64,000 nucleotides of DNA from an uncultured Chloroflexia bacterium (GTDB lineage: Bacteria; Chloroflexota; Anaerolineae; Anaerolineales; UBA4823), in the NCBI GenBank assembly GCA_963792075.1, contig CAWBUW010000007.1, positions 846,429 to 910,428 of the forward strand, written 5' to 3'. Positions 9,184 through 18,923 of the stretch are shown here, in pieces. Each line of letters starts with the position of its first letter. Position 1 is the first letter of the stretch. The notes under the pieces are model-generated. The model had not been told where the DNA came from and made no database searches. It saw only the letters and a program-made list of their open reading frames with translations. The translations under genes and the position numbers were made by a program.

Positions 9184-9733
9184 ACAAGTTCTTTAAAAAG
9201 CACTCCGAAAAGGCTAACTCATGCGAAAGCTGAGGGCGCAAAGCAGTGGATCTAAAACCTGCTAACAAATCTGGATCCATTCCAGAGCCTGGTCAGAGGT
9301 AAGTCCAGGCTGGTCGAAACAGGCGAAAAAACGGTTTATTAATTTAACCGCAAGAAGGTTCCGAATACATTTACCAGGCCTGACCCAAACAGGCTACGTA
9401 AAGAATAAGTAAGAACCATCACGTAAACCAAATTTCACCCAAAAACAGGTCAAGACAGCCTTGCTGCCGATAATAGCAAACTTTGTGAAAACAAAGGACG
9501 CAGAGTGATGGATCTACAGCCGGAAAGACAGCGCCGCCAAGACGGAAAGGTCATACGAAGGTCAGGATTGCCACACCAACCGTACAACGCAAAACTGGTG
9601 AAAACCAGTGACGCAAAGTCATGGGTCTAAACCTTAAGTCATAATATAAAAAGGTATGATTGCCAGACTGCCGAAGAGTGCTTTCCTTATCAATAAAAAA
9701 ACCAGGGCGTGCTTCACACGCCCTGGTTTTTTT
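9184..9733 (+). ncRNA. candidate ~550-nt structured non-coding RNA of unknown class
   Basis: The unit is bounded by the promoter above and a strong terminator at 9694-9733. There is no credible ORF. A 9-bp helix closes the 5' and 3' ends (aaagcactc 9197-9205 with gagtgcttt 9676-9684). There are three copies of a GAAA-tetraloop hairpin followed by GACGCAAAG..UGGAUCUAAACC, and three AAACAGG motifs. Confidence 0.4.
9694..9733. terminator. bidirectional intrinsic terminator
   Basis: aaaaaaa-accagggcgtg-cttca-cacgccctggt-ttttttt. The stem is 11 bp, flanked by an A-run and a T-run. Confidence 0.85.
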
Positions 9734-9740
9734 AGCAAGG

Positions 9741-10265
9741 CTAGGCTGCCCGTCCCGCCTTCAGGGAATCTTGTAATTTCTGCAATCCTTCCAGATCCCC
9801 ATTTGCAGCCAGCGCAGCCTGTTGCGGCCAGGTGCCCGGATCTGCGATGCGCGCCAGGCGCTCATCCACCGAGGACAGGAGCGTTTTGATCTCCTCTGGC
9901 TGCATCGCGGCCAATTGAGCGAAGGTGCTCACGCCTTTCTCCTTCAGCACACCCGAAATTCGCGGTCCGATGCCCTCGATCAGGATCAGGTCATCTGGCT
10001 TCACTTCGGCCTGCGGTTCAATTACATCGACGTTTGAAATCGTCGCATGGAGCAAGACTTCCTCAACACGCGCTGGTGCAGCTACAGCGGCCTCCTCATG
10101 GAAAGCATCGGCGTGTTCTTCATGATCACCGTGAACAACGTCATGCTCATCATGGTCGTGGCCAGCCGGGGCGTCTTTAGCGCTTTCTCCCGCGCTGCGC
10201 CGCAGTGCCCACCAAACAACGATGATGATAATAACCAGGGCTACCAAACTCAGAAACACGTCCAT
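9741..10265 (-). CDS. membrane-anchored His/Asp/Glu-rich protein with a C-terminal helix-hairpin-helix-like domain
   Basis: 174-aa ORF with an N-terminal TM helix, an acidic His-rich linker (HDHDEHDVVHGDHEEHADAFHEE), then LILIEGIGPRISGVLKEKGVSTFAQLA, an HhH-type motif. Confidence 0.55.
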   Translation of the reverse strand: MDVFLSLVALVIIIIVVWWALRRSAGESAKDAPAGHDHDEHDVVHGDHEEHADAFHEEAAVAAPARVEEVLLHATISNVDVIEPQAEVKPDDLILIEGIGPRISGVLKEKGVSTFAQLAAMQPEEIKTLLSSVDERLARIADPGTWPQQAALAANGDLEGLQKLQDSLKAGRAA

Positions 10266-10376
10266 CAGATCACTCTCCTTATCAAAGATGATTAGAAATT
10301 CATCTTAATTTTAAACCAAACCGATCAAATGTCAAACAAGCTGAACTCCCAGCTTCCTACTCAGACCTGGAGCATG

Positions 10377-12454
10377 TCAGATTGGCTCCCGATCTGACAT
10401 GCTCCCTTCAGGCCTCACTTCAATGATTACCTCCCCATCTCCGGGCAGGTCAAAGGAAAGCAGGTTTGGACCACACACAAACGAAAATGGCACGGGCTCC
10501 CCATTCACGCGTACATTTTCAACCGGCCGGTCTAACCATACCAGGAATACGCCCCTTCCTCGCACCTGAAGATGAAGAATATCCGGGGTCAACCAGCGCT
10601 TTGCCAGGATGGCCCCCGCGCTGTTAAAATAATCCACTAAGCCCAATGCTGCAGCACCCTCTCGGATCGGAACGATCGTAAACACCTCGTAGCCCAGCTC
10701 CGGAAGTTCTAGCGCCCAGGCTTCCCACCGTTTTAATGTACGCATCTCACGACGGCTATGTGCATATACTACATAACAATCTGCTTCCAATAAATCCACA
10801 TCCCCAGGCCGGATAGTACCCTGAAGCTTAAGCCTCTCTGTGTTGGCTTCAGCCTCTCCGCTATAACGGCAGTTGAAAACACCCACCACCCCGGCATCAG
10901 TATTCAAACTCCAAATCTTGTACAGGACATCCTCACGCGTTGGGTCCACAAACAAGCAGTCGCGCGTGGGGCGTCCCGGGCGCTGGGCACGTAAAGTGCG
11001 CCCATCTGGCAGCACCAGCTTCCGCAGCAGATCAAAATCATGTGCGCCAGGCTTGTCCGAGACAAATACTGGCGCGCCGCTCACCGCCCGTCCAGCGGCA
11101 TGGAATCCACCGGCCGGATGTCCCGATTGGAACATATCCCAATCGGGCCAGATGAACTCACCAAACCAGGCCCCTGCGAGCGCATTCACGTACAGGTGCC
11201 GGCCATGTGTTTCCGGCTTCCAGGGCCAAAAATCCGTCGAGGTGCGGGTCAGGTTAGAATTCAACGCCCCATACAACATCTCGTTCGCATTTGACATGCA
11301 GTTTATCAGGTTGCCCTGGAAATGTACCTGGGCTGACCCCTCCAGCGCCTCGCGCACCGCCCGCATATAGGCCACTCGCCCGCCATATCCTGCGGAGACG
11401 CCTTCGATCGAAGCCTGGTTATCGACCTTGACCCCATCCACCCCCTGCATGCGCAGGATACGATGGTAATCGTTGTAGAAACTCGACAGGTGCTCGGGAG
11501 GCACGGTCCCGACGATATGCCCCCACCAGGTAGCGTTATGATCAGGACAGTGGTACAAGATTCCCGGGCCAAACGAACGCCCAAGCGACCGGACACCGTA
11601 GCCGGGAAGCGCCCTCCCATCTACGCCGCCCCAGTAACCGAGCACCGCATGCCAGACAGTGAATGTCTGGATGCCATATTCTTCTTTGGCCATGTGCACC
11701 GTCTCCACCAGCCCGCCAGGGAATTTTTCGTTTGCTGCGAGGCCGGTCAGGCGGTATTCGCCGGTTGGCATCTTGTCGATTTGCTGCCAGCCATCGTCCA
11801 TGATCAGCCATTTCGGCTGCACGCCCCCTTGTTTAAACTCTCTAACCCCTGCTGTACCAGCGCGTGGGAGACCTGCATGTAGAATGCGTCCCAGGTACAC
11901 CATCCGAACTGGTCCATGAAACTCGGCACGCCTTTCTCCCGGCGCAGCCGGCCCGTTTTCAACCTGTCCATAACACTCATCGCTGCCCGTTCCAACAAGT
12001 CAAATGGCTGGTCACCGATCGCGATGAACAGACCTGTCACCTTTTCTGTGGCGACGGCCGGATCATTGGACTCGACAACAAGCGCCAACCCACGCTCGCC
12101 TTCACCTTGCAAAGCCGCGCGGAAATCTCCATCCACGAGGGGGACGAACAATGCTACCTGCCCATTTTCCAGTTCGGTCAGCAGGAATTGCGTCTCGGGC
12201 GGCACTTCCCCTACTTTCTCGCCGCAGCATGCCGTATTCCAATATGGCTCATAGCGGTGCAATGCCGCCCAACGCCGCACACCCACAAGTTCGCCCAATG
12301 GTATCTTGTGCCAGGCAGCGCGTTCATCAGCCACGACCTGGATCCACGCACCAAACTGCTGTTCAACTGATGCCAGGCTTACGCCGGGTGGTACGTTTTC
12401 AAGCAGGGGATTTCCCTGAACATGCAGGGAATGTTTCTCAAGAGAATCGCTCAA
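10377..12454 (-). pseudogene. raffinose-synthase/Sip1-family (GH36 clan) alpha-galactosidase-like gene interrupted by a -1 frameshift
   Basis: Two overlapping ORFs (11804..12454 and 10377..11903) carry consecutive family motifs. FGWCTWDAFY...GLESLN is in the first frame and QGGVQPKWLIMDDGWQ, GVDGVKVDNQ are in the second. The frames switch within TTTAAACAAGGGGG (mRNA sense) at 11824-11837. Confidence 0.8.
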
Positions 12455-12461
12455 GGTATAC

Positions 12462-15161
12462 CTACTGTGTGTTTTCTGATTTAGGATAATGTTCTTCTAC
12501 ACGCAGCAAAGCGCCATAATCCAGTGCCCACACCGCCCTGGCTCCGCCCAGCTCGTTCTTGGGCTGAAACACAAGACTGCGCTGCTTCATGCGGGTCTGC
12601 GCGGCATATCGTAGGCTGGATTGGTGTAAGATCGGCCGCTCGATGGCGTAAAGAAAGCCAATCTGCGCAAGACCGGCGTTGTTCCAGGCAATCACACTGC
12701 CAGGGGCCTTTTCTCCGCCTGGCTGGCGATAATCCAACCCGGCGCCCGTCAACACTTCTAAAAGGGCACGGAGCTGTACATGCTTCAACCCGGCCACGAA
12801 GTCAGCCAGATGGAAAGGATCCTCCGCCAGTTCAGACGCATTTTCCACCAGCGCCGATCGCATTTCTGTTCCTATCCGGAAGGTTTCAGCCATGCGCTTC
12901 ACCTGTACCGCCAGGTCATCTTCTACCGGGGCGACACCGCCTCCCAACAATTCCACCTGCAAATCATCTTCCGGTTCCAGCCGCAATCCCCCCAGGCGCA
13001 GCGTATGCGTCGCGCTCTGATATGCTGCCGAGAGGGTTACCTTTTCACCGTTGACCCATGCCAGCACCTGTTCCACGGGTTGTACCGCATGACAAACCAG
13101 AGTCCACAACCTCTGCGCCGGCAGCAGCCCGGCTTCCCCCTGGGCGGCATGGAGATGGATACGCCGCCCCGGAGGCAGGTGAGACTCTTTTCCATCCAGG
13201 CCCATCTCCCCTGTTTCGATCACGGTCAGTGCGTATTCACCCTGGGCATAGGCCTGGCTCTCGCCATCATCCTCATATAATTCGAAGCGGTTCGCCGCGC
13301 CAGGGAAAATGTGCACTTCCAGCTCGTCTGGGTTTTGAATCCCCCCCCAGCCAACTTCCGGGGCTAGTGGGATAATTGCACCTTCTCTGGCAAAAACCGG
13401 GATATCCACCAGCTTCCCGTAGATCGCATACCAGCAGCCCCCTTCATACGTGCGCCCATCGAAGAAGCCATACCACTTTTCCCTTTCGCCCGGCAGCCAG
13501 ACCACCTGGCGAGCCATACGTGTGTCAGGGTCAGCGGGGGAAGTGAACGGCGCAGCCAGTAACTCCGTACCAAACGTGTACACGTTTGGACTGGCATAGG
13601 CTTCTTCGCACTTAGGCTCCAGGTGATACAGAGGGCGTACCAATGGCAGCCCTTCGCGGTGATCCTTCCAGGCCATGCTGTATAAATACGGGATCATCCG
13701 GTGACGCAGCCGTAGGGCATCACCGGCGGCTTGCTCCACATTGGCGTCAAACCCCCAGGGCCGCCGGTCCTGATATACATTTTTCGTCGAGTGCAGACGT
13801 AGAATTGGGCTGAACACGCCGTACTGCACCCAGCGTGTATACAGCTCGCCATCTTCCATCCCACCCTGGTGCCCGCCGATATCATGACTCCACCAGGAAT
13901 ACCCCACGTTGGCTGCCGTCGCCGTCATATAGGGTTGGAATGCCAGGGAGTCCCAGGTCACCATTGTATCCCCCGAAAAACCAATCGGATAGCGGTGGTT
14001 GCCCAGGCCCCCCCAACGACTGAAAAGGAATGGTCGCTTGATGGGGTCTCGCCCAGCATCCAGGTAATGGAGGTGGTTGATCCACCATAACAAGTTCAGG
14101 CCTGCCAGGCGAGTGGAGTTGCCCTGCTGCCAGTCCATCCACCAGAAATCCACCCCTCCTGCCTCATACGGATGGTGCAGATGTTCAAAATACGCCTGGG
14201 CAAAAACCGGGTCCTCGATGTCGAAGCGGACCGGCTGCTGGCTGGCAGGATCGATCCCCATCGCACTTGCCATTTGTGGGTACATTTCTTCGTGCGGCCA
14301 GATCCCCTCTGATGGGTGCAGGTTTAAGCCCGTCTTCAAGCCCAGCTCATGCAAGGAACGGATGAAACCCGGTGGGTCTGGGAAGAGCTTCCGGTTCCAG
14401 GTGTACCCGGTCCAGCCGCTGCAGCCATTACCTGTTGTGGTAAGATGCCAGTCCATATCAATAATGCACACCCCCAAGGGCACACCATGCTGGCGGAACT
14501 CTTGCATCAAGTTCCCCAATTCTTCTGCCGAATACCCCCAAAAACGACTCCACCAGTTGCCCAGCGCCCAACGTGGCACCAGGCCAGGTTTGCCTGCCAC
14601 GCTGTAAAACTCGGTCATGCCCTGGCGATAATCTTTCCCGTAAACCATGAAATAGAGATCCAGCCCGCCTGGCTGGCGTTCCGTCAGCCAGCCATTTTCA
14701 TCAAATACCAGCGAGCGCGAATCATCGATCACCGTCCAGCCGCGCTTGCTCAACAGGCCTGGCTCGAGCGCAACCGCTCCATCTGCCATATCCAATGTAC
14801 GGGTGGTTCCTAACAGGTTTTCTTTCTGCTCCATCCCATAACGCCATCGCGCCGGCGTGCCCAGCATTTCGATGAAAAGTGATGCTTCGCTGAAAGCCTG
14901 TCCTTCCGCATAATGCAACTGCAGTGCGTCTGTCTGGATGACCAACTCCCCGGCCTCGTGCGCCACCCGGAATGTTGGCACGGGCTGCCGGCGCAGTAGA
15001 AACACCTGAGAAGGGCGATCCTCGAAGATCCCCTGCGCCTGGTATTCCATCCGGATCAGTCGCGCGCTCAACACCGTAAAACGCGCCTGGCCTGATTGCA
15101 CCACAGCTTCAGGTGCAGGTTTTGGTTGTGTATTGAACTGGTAATGTGTTGTCATTGCCAA
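12462..15161 (-). CDS. GH31-family alpha-glycosidase with a ~250-aa C-terminal extension
   Basis: 899-aa ORF with GH31-type motifs: GVDFWWMDWQQG (nucleophile region) and WSHDIGGH (acid/base region). Confidence 0.8.
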   Translation of the reverse strand: MAMTTHYQFNTQPKPAPEAVVQSGQARFTVLSARLIRMEYQAQGIFEDRPSQVFLLRRQPVPTFRVAHEAGELVIQTDALQLHYAEGQAFSEASLFIEMLGTPARWRYGMEQKENLLGTTRTLDMADGAVALEPGLLSKRGWTVIDDSRSLVFDENGWLTERQPGGLDLYFMVYGKDYRQGMTEFYSVAGKPGLVPRWALGNWWSRFWGYSAEELGNLMQEFRQHGVPLGVCIIDMDWHLTTTGNGCSGWTGYTWNRKLFPDPPGFIRSLHELGLKTGLNLHPSEGIWPHEEMYPQMASAMGIDPASQQPVRFDIEDPVFAQAYFEHLHHPYEAGGVDFWWMDWQQGNSTRLAGLNLLWWINHLHYLDAGRDPIKRPFLFSRWGGLGNHRYPIGFSGDTMVTWDSLAFQPYMTATAANVGYSWWSHDIGGHQGGMEDGELYTRWVQYGVFSPILRLHSTKNVYQDRRPWGFDANVEQAAGDALRLRHRMIPYLYSMAWKDHREGLPLVRPLYHLEPKCEEAYASPNVYTFGTELLAAPFTSPADPDTRMARQVVWLPGEREKWYGFFDGRTYEGGCWYAIYGKLVDIPVFAREGAIIPLAPEVGWGGIQNPDELEVHIFPGAANRFELYEDDGESQAYAQGEYALTVIETGEMGLDGKESHLPPGRRIHLHAAQGEAGLLPAQRLWTLVCHAVQPVEQVLAWVNGEKVTLSAAYQSATHTLRLGGLRLEPEDDLQVELLGGGVAPVEDDLAVQVKRMAETFRIGTEMRSALVENASELAEDPFHLADFVAGLKHVQLRALLEVLTGAGLDYRQPGGEKAPGSVIAWNNAGLAQIGFLYAIERPILHQSSLRYAAQTRMKQRSLVFQPKNELGGARAVWALDYGALLRVEEHYPKSENTQ

Positions 15162-15237
15162 CTCGTCGATGTAAGGATTACTGGAATCCCAGCTTCAAGT
15201 ATTTCTCGGCAGACACACCCCTTCCAGCCCAAAAATA

Positions 15238-15438
15238 CTACTCCAACTTCTCGAACACCTGTAGAAATTTCTCATTCTCCATGTGTTCGAATATCTCTTC
15301 AATGGCTGCATCCACGATCAAATCCACTGTATGTTCAACTTCTTGATCATTATTGGCGTCCCAATGGATTCCCATTTTGCTGGCGAGCATACGAAAATAG
15401 TGTACCAGGTAATCTTTGGCTTGTTCACGTTTTTTCAT
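15238..15438 (-). CDS. small acidic hypothetical protein
   Basis: ORF trimmed to MKKREQAKDY behind a GGAGG RBS; 66 aa. No family recognised. Confidence 0.35.
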   Translation of the reverse strand: MKKREQAKDYLVHYFRMLASKMGIHWDANNDQEVEHTVDLIVDAAIEEIFEHMENEKFLQVFEKLE

Positions 15439-15561
15439 AACACCGCCTCCAGGAAAAAACAAGCAGAAATAACCACTACGCTGCCCACTTTTAGAACAAT
15501 GTTCATCTCAGTATAGCATAATTTTGATCGTTACTCAGCCCAGCCGCCATAATTTTAAGGA

Positions 15562-15606
15562 AGGTGGTTCGGCAAGCTGCGTAAAGCGCAGCTTGCCGAA
15601 CCACCT
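15562..15606. terminator. long perfect hairpin downstream of the metallophosphoesterase gene
   Basis: A 20-bp perfect stem aggtggttcggcaagctgcg/cgcagcttgccgaaccacct with a 5-nt loop. Confidence 0.6.
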
Positions 15607-15610
15607 GATT

Positions 15611-16702
15611 TCAATCGAAATCAACCACGATCAACTCTGGCTGACAATACAGGCGCACAGGCGGCGAGGCTGCTCCCAATCCCGCCGAAACGAATAAGTG
15701 CGTTTTATGGATCAGAAAATGCCCTTGTACAAAACGCCGGCCGTAAACCGAAGGGACAATCACCGGTCCAAACCCCGGCAAACGAAATTGCCCTCCGTGG
15801 AAATGCCCGCCAAACACGGCTTGCGGCTGCGCCGGGCTTGCCGCCAGCCGGTAGATATTATCTGGCGTGTGCGTTAGCACGAACAGTGCCTCATCCGCTC
15901 TGGTATGCCATTCCTCCAAGGGCGCCGCGTCGCCCCAGGGAAGCTCATCTCCTGCAAGCGCCAACGCCGGGTGCCCCTCCACGCGTACAACCTTCCCGCC
16001 GATGAAAGTCACCCCCATCCGTTCCATTGTTGCGGTCACTTCCTCCGGTGCCTTTGAACCATCATGGTTGCCCAAGATTGCGAACACCCCCAACCGGGCT
16101 TGCAATCCGCCCAGGGCTGACGGCAGCAGGTTCACATCGGCTTTAGAGGTCATGAAATCGCCCGTAATCACCACCAGGTCAGGCATTTCTGCTGAAGTGC
16201 GCTTTACGACCTCTTGATAATAATCCAACGGCAGTTGGTCAGTGACATGAAAATCTGTCAGGTGGACCACCCGCAATCCCGGTCCTGCCCAACCCGGCAG
16301 CGTCACTCGATAGCGGCTGACGATCAAGTCGGTGGTTGTCACCGCGTGCAGGAATCCACTTTTTTTGCCCTCAACCAGGGCTGGGGTGCTTTGCAGCCGC
16401 TGCCGCAGAAGAACCTGGATCAGCTCACTCATCCCTGTGGCGACCAATACTCCCAGGGGTATGAGCCACCCCCGCCATCCAAACCACTCTTGAGCATAAA
16501 ACCCATAGACCCCGAAACCCACTACGCTCAAGGTGAATACTGTCAGGGTTAAAGCTTTGCGAAGACCCATCAGGCGCATCCGTACCAAAGGCTGGTTCAA
16601 AACCACCGCAAAGAAGGCCAATCCCGCCCACAAAGATACAACTACCAATCCTATGTGCACTGCCAGCCTGACCAGAGTGAAGTCGTAGGTAAATAATAAC
16701 AT
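15611..16702 (-). CDS. membrane-anchored calcineurin-like metallophosphoesterase
   Basis: Motifs VHLTDFH, ITGDF, ILGNHD and GGHFHGG follow N-terminal TM helices. The start was chosen at MLLFTYDF and is uncertain; ATGs at 16789 and 16777 are alternatives. Confidence 0.7.
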   Translation of the reverse strand: MLLFTYDFTLVRLAVHIGLVVVSLWAGLAFFAVVLNQPLVRMRLMGLRKALTLTVFTLSVVGFGVYGFYAQEWFGWRGWLIPLGVLVATGMSELIQVLLRQRLQSTPALVEGKKSGFLHAVTTTDLIVSRYRVTLPGWAGPGLRVVHLTDFHVTDQLPLDYYQEVVKRTSAEMPDLVVITGDFMTSKADVNLLPSALGGLQARLGVFAILGNHDGSKAPEEVTATMERMGVTFIGGKVVRVEGHPALALAGDELPWGDAAPLEEWHTRADEALFVLTHTPDNIYRLAASPAQPQAVFGGHFHGGQFRLPGFGPVIVPSVYGRRFVQGHFLIHKTHLFVSAGLGAASPPVRLYCQPELIVVDFD

Positions 16703-16775
16703 TCTCCTATTGTACCAAGTCTGGAATGTGCTAAACTTAATCAAATGAACCCTGATTCCATTTTCTGGAGCTCCC

Positions 16776-18920
16776 ATGCCACTTTCCACTGCTTACCTCA
16801 TCCGAGAGCCTGTTGAACAAAGAGTCCAAGACCTGTTAGGAAAAATGACCTTGCTGGAAAAAGTGGGTCAGCTCAACCAGGTCAGCAGTTTTGATGAGCC
16901 TTCACGAGCCCTGCTGAAGCAGGGCTTGATCGGTTCCATCCTCAACCTGCCTTCTGCCATCCCTTTGCCCAACCCTGGTCCGGCCGTTGTGATCGAAGCC
17001 TCCAATGCCATCCAACGTATGGCAGTTACCGAAACCCGCCTGGGCATTCCTCTGCTGTTTGGACGTGATGTAATCCATGGTTTCCGCACGATCTTTCCTA
17101 TCCCGCTGGCACAAGCCGCATCGTGGAACCCCGCGGCCGTAGAACGCGGCGCAGCCATCGCTGCTGACGAGGCCACATCTCAGGGTGTCAAGTGGACCTT
17201 CGCTCCCATGCTCGATATAGCCCGCGATCCACGCTGGGGGCGCGTGGCCGAAGGTGCCGGCGAAGACCCCTACCTGTGCTCTGCCATGGCCGGCGCGTAT
17301 GTACACGGCTTCCAGGGCGACGACCTCTCTGATCCCCAGCGTTTGCTGGCTTGTGCCAAGCATTTTGTCGGATACGGCGGCGCAGTGGGCGGAAGGGATT
17401 ACGAATCCGTAGACATGTCCACACGCACGCTGAGCGATGTGTACTTACCTCCCTTCCGCACTGCGGTAGACCAGGGCGTGGCTACCTTGATGGCCGCCTT
17501 CCACGACTTGAATGGCATCCCCATGTCCGCCAACCGCGACTTGCTCACCGACATGCTGCGCTCTGAGTGGGGTTTTAAGGGCTTCGTCGTCTCTGACTGG
17601 CGCTCGATTGGCGAGCTGGTCGAGCATGGCGTCGTCACGGACCTGGCAGGCGCAGCCGAAGCAGGCCTGTTCGCAGGGATAGATATGGATATGGTCGCAG
17701 CCGCTTACCGGCTGCACCTGCCCGAGCTGGTCGAAAAAGGGCATGTGCGAGAGGAACAAATCGATGAGGCCGTACGCCGTATTCTGCGCCTTAAATATTT
17801 GGCCGGCCTGTTCGACAATCCATACACGGATCCGGCACGCCACAAAACCACGCTGCTCAAGCCGGAATACCGCCAGGCTGCCCGTCAATTTGCCCAACAG
17901 ACGATTGTCTTACTTAAGAACGAGAAGCTGCTGCCGATTAACTCGCGTTTCAAAAAAATTGCATTCGTTGGCCCCTTCATTAATTCCCGCGCGGAGCTGC
18001 TTGGAGCCTGGAGCATGGATGGCCGTGCCGAGGATGTCACTCCCATTTCCCAGGCGGTTAGAGAAGTGGCGCCGAAAGGCTGCGAACTGTTTTTCGCGGA
18101 CCAGGTGGATGAAGCACTGCGCCTTGCTCAGCATGTAGACCTGGTGGTTGCCGTCATCGGTGAACACCCCTCCCGTTCAGGTGAAAATCATAATGTAGCT
18201 GACCTCAGCCTGCCATCTGGCCAGCGTCAATTCGTTGAGGCGCTGGCAGAATTGGGTGTGCCCCTGGCATTAGTCGTTCTCGCGGGCCGACCGCTGGCAA
18301 TCACCCGCGAGGCTCGCCTGGCGAATGCCTTGCTCTATGCCTGGCATCCTGGTTCCGAGGGCGGCTACGCCCTCGCTGACCTGCTCTTTGGCCTGGCTTC
18401 CCCCTCCGCCCGCCTGCCCATCACGCTGCCGCGACACACCGGCCAGGTACCCATCTACTATGCGCAAAAACCATCCGGCCGCCCTCTGGGTACCTCCCCC
18501 GAATTTCGCACGCGTTACAATGATCTGGACACCTCCCCGCTCTATCCCTTCGGGTATGGTCTGGGGTATACCACATTTGCCTACAGCAACCTGGCAATCT
18601 CCGAGCCACATATGATCGGCCAAAACGAGATCAGCGTTGATCTCACCAACCAGGGTCCACTTCCTGGCATCGAGACTGTGCAGTTATATTTGCGTGACGT
18701 ACATGCCTCGGTTACTCGCCCGGTGAAAGAGCTAAAAGGATTCCAACGCGTCGAGCTGAAGCCTGGAGAGACCCGTCGCATTACCTTCAACCTGCGCACC
18801 CCTGACCTGGTATTCACCGGTCACAACGACCTGACACGCGTGGAATCCGGTGAATTCCGCCTGTGGCTTGGCTCCAACTCGTCCGAAGGCGTCAGTGGCA
18901 GTTTTGTCTTGGATGTTTAG
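16776..18920 (+). CDS. bglX: GH3 beta-glucosidase
   Basis: 714-aa ORF with LLGKMTLLEKVGQLNQ, GFVVSDW (nucleophile Asp context) and a C-terminal fibronectin-like domain. Confidence 0.9.
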   Translation: MPLSTAYLIREPVEQRVQDLLGKMTLLEKVGQLNQVSSFDEPSRALLKQGLIGSILNLPSAIPLPNPGPAVVIEASNAIQRMAVTETRLGIPLLFGRDVIHGFRTIFPIPLAQAASWNPAAVERGAAIAADEATSQGVKWTFAPMLDIARDPRWGRVAEGAGEDPYLCSAMAGAYVHGFQGDDLSDPQRLLACAKHFVGYGGAVGGRDYESVDMSTRTLSDVYLPPFRTAVDQGVATLMAAFHDLNGIPMSANRDLLTDMLRSEWGFKGFVVSDWRSIGELVEHGVVTDLAGAAEAGLFAGIDMDMVAAAYRLHLPELVEKGHVREEQIDEAVRRILRLKYLAGLFDNPYTDPARHKTTLLKPEYRQAARQFAQQTIVLLKNEKLLPINSRFKKIAFVGPFINSRAELLGAWSMDGRAEDVTPISQAVREVAPKGCELFFADQVDEALRLAQHVDLVVAVIGEHPSRSGENHNVADLSLPSGQRQFVEALAELGVPLALVVLAGRPLAITREARLANALLYAWHPGSEGGYALADLLFGLASPSARLPITLPRHTGQVPIYYAQKPSGRPLGTSPEFRTRYNDLDTSPLYPFGYGLGYTTFAYSNLAISEPHMIGQNEISVDLTNQGPLPGIETVQLYLRDVHASVTRPVKELKGFQRVELKPGETRRITFNLRTPDLVFTGHNDLTRVESGEFRLWLGSNSSEGVSGSFVLDV

Positions 18921-18923
18921 GTC

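Noticed and set aside
9184-9733. RNase P RNA or tmRNA
   Set aside because: GGUAAGUCCAGGCU weakly resembles the P4 strand GGAAAGUCCGGGCU. The complementary ACAGAAxCCGGCUUA strand, GUAAGAGC and other universal elements are absent. There is no tRNA-like acceptor end and no tag ORF for tmRNA, and the region is AT-rich, unlike structured housekeeping RNAs of a GC-rich genome.
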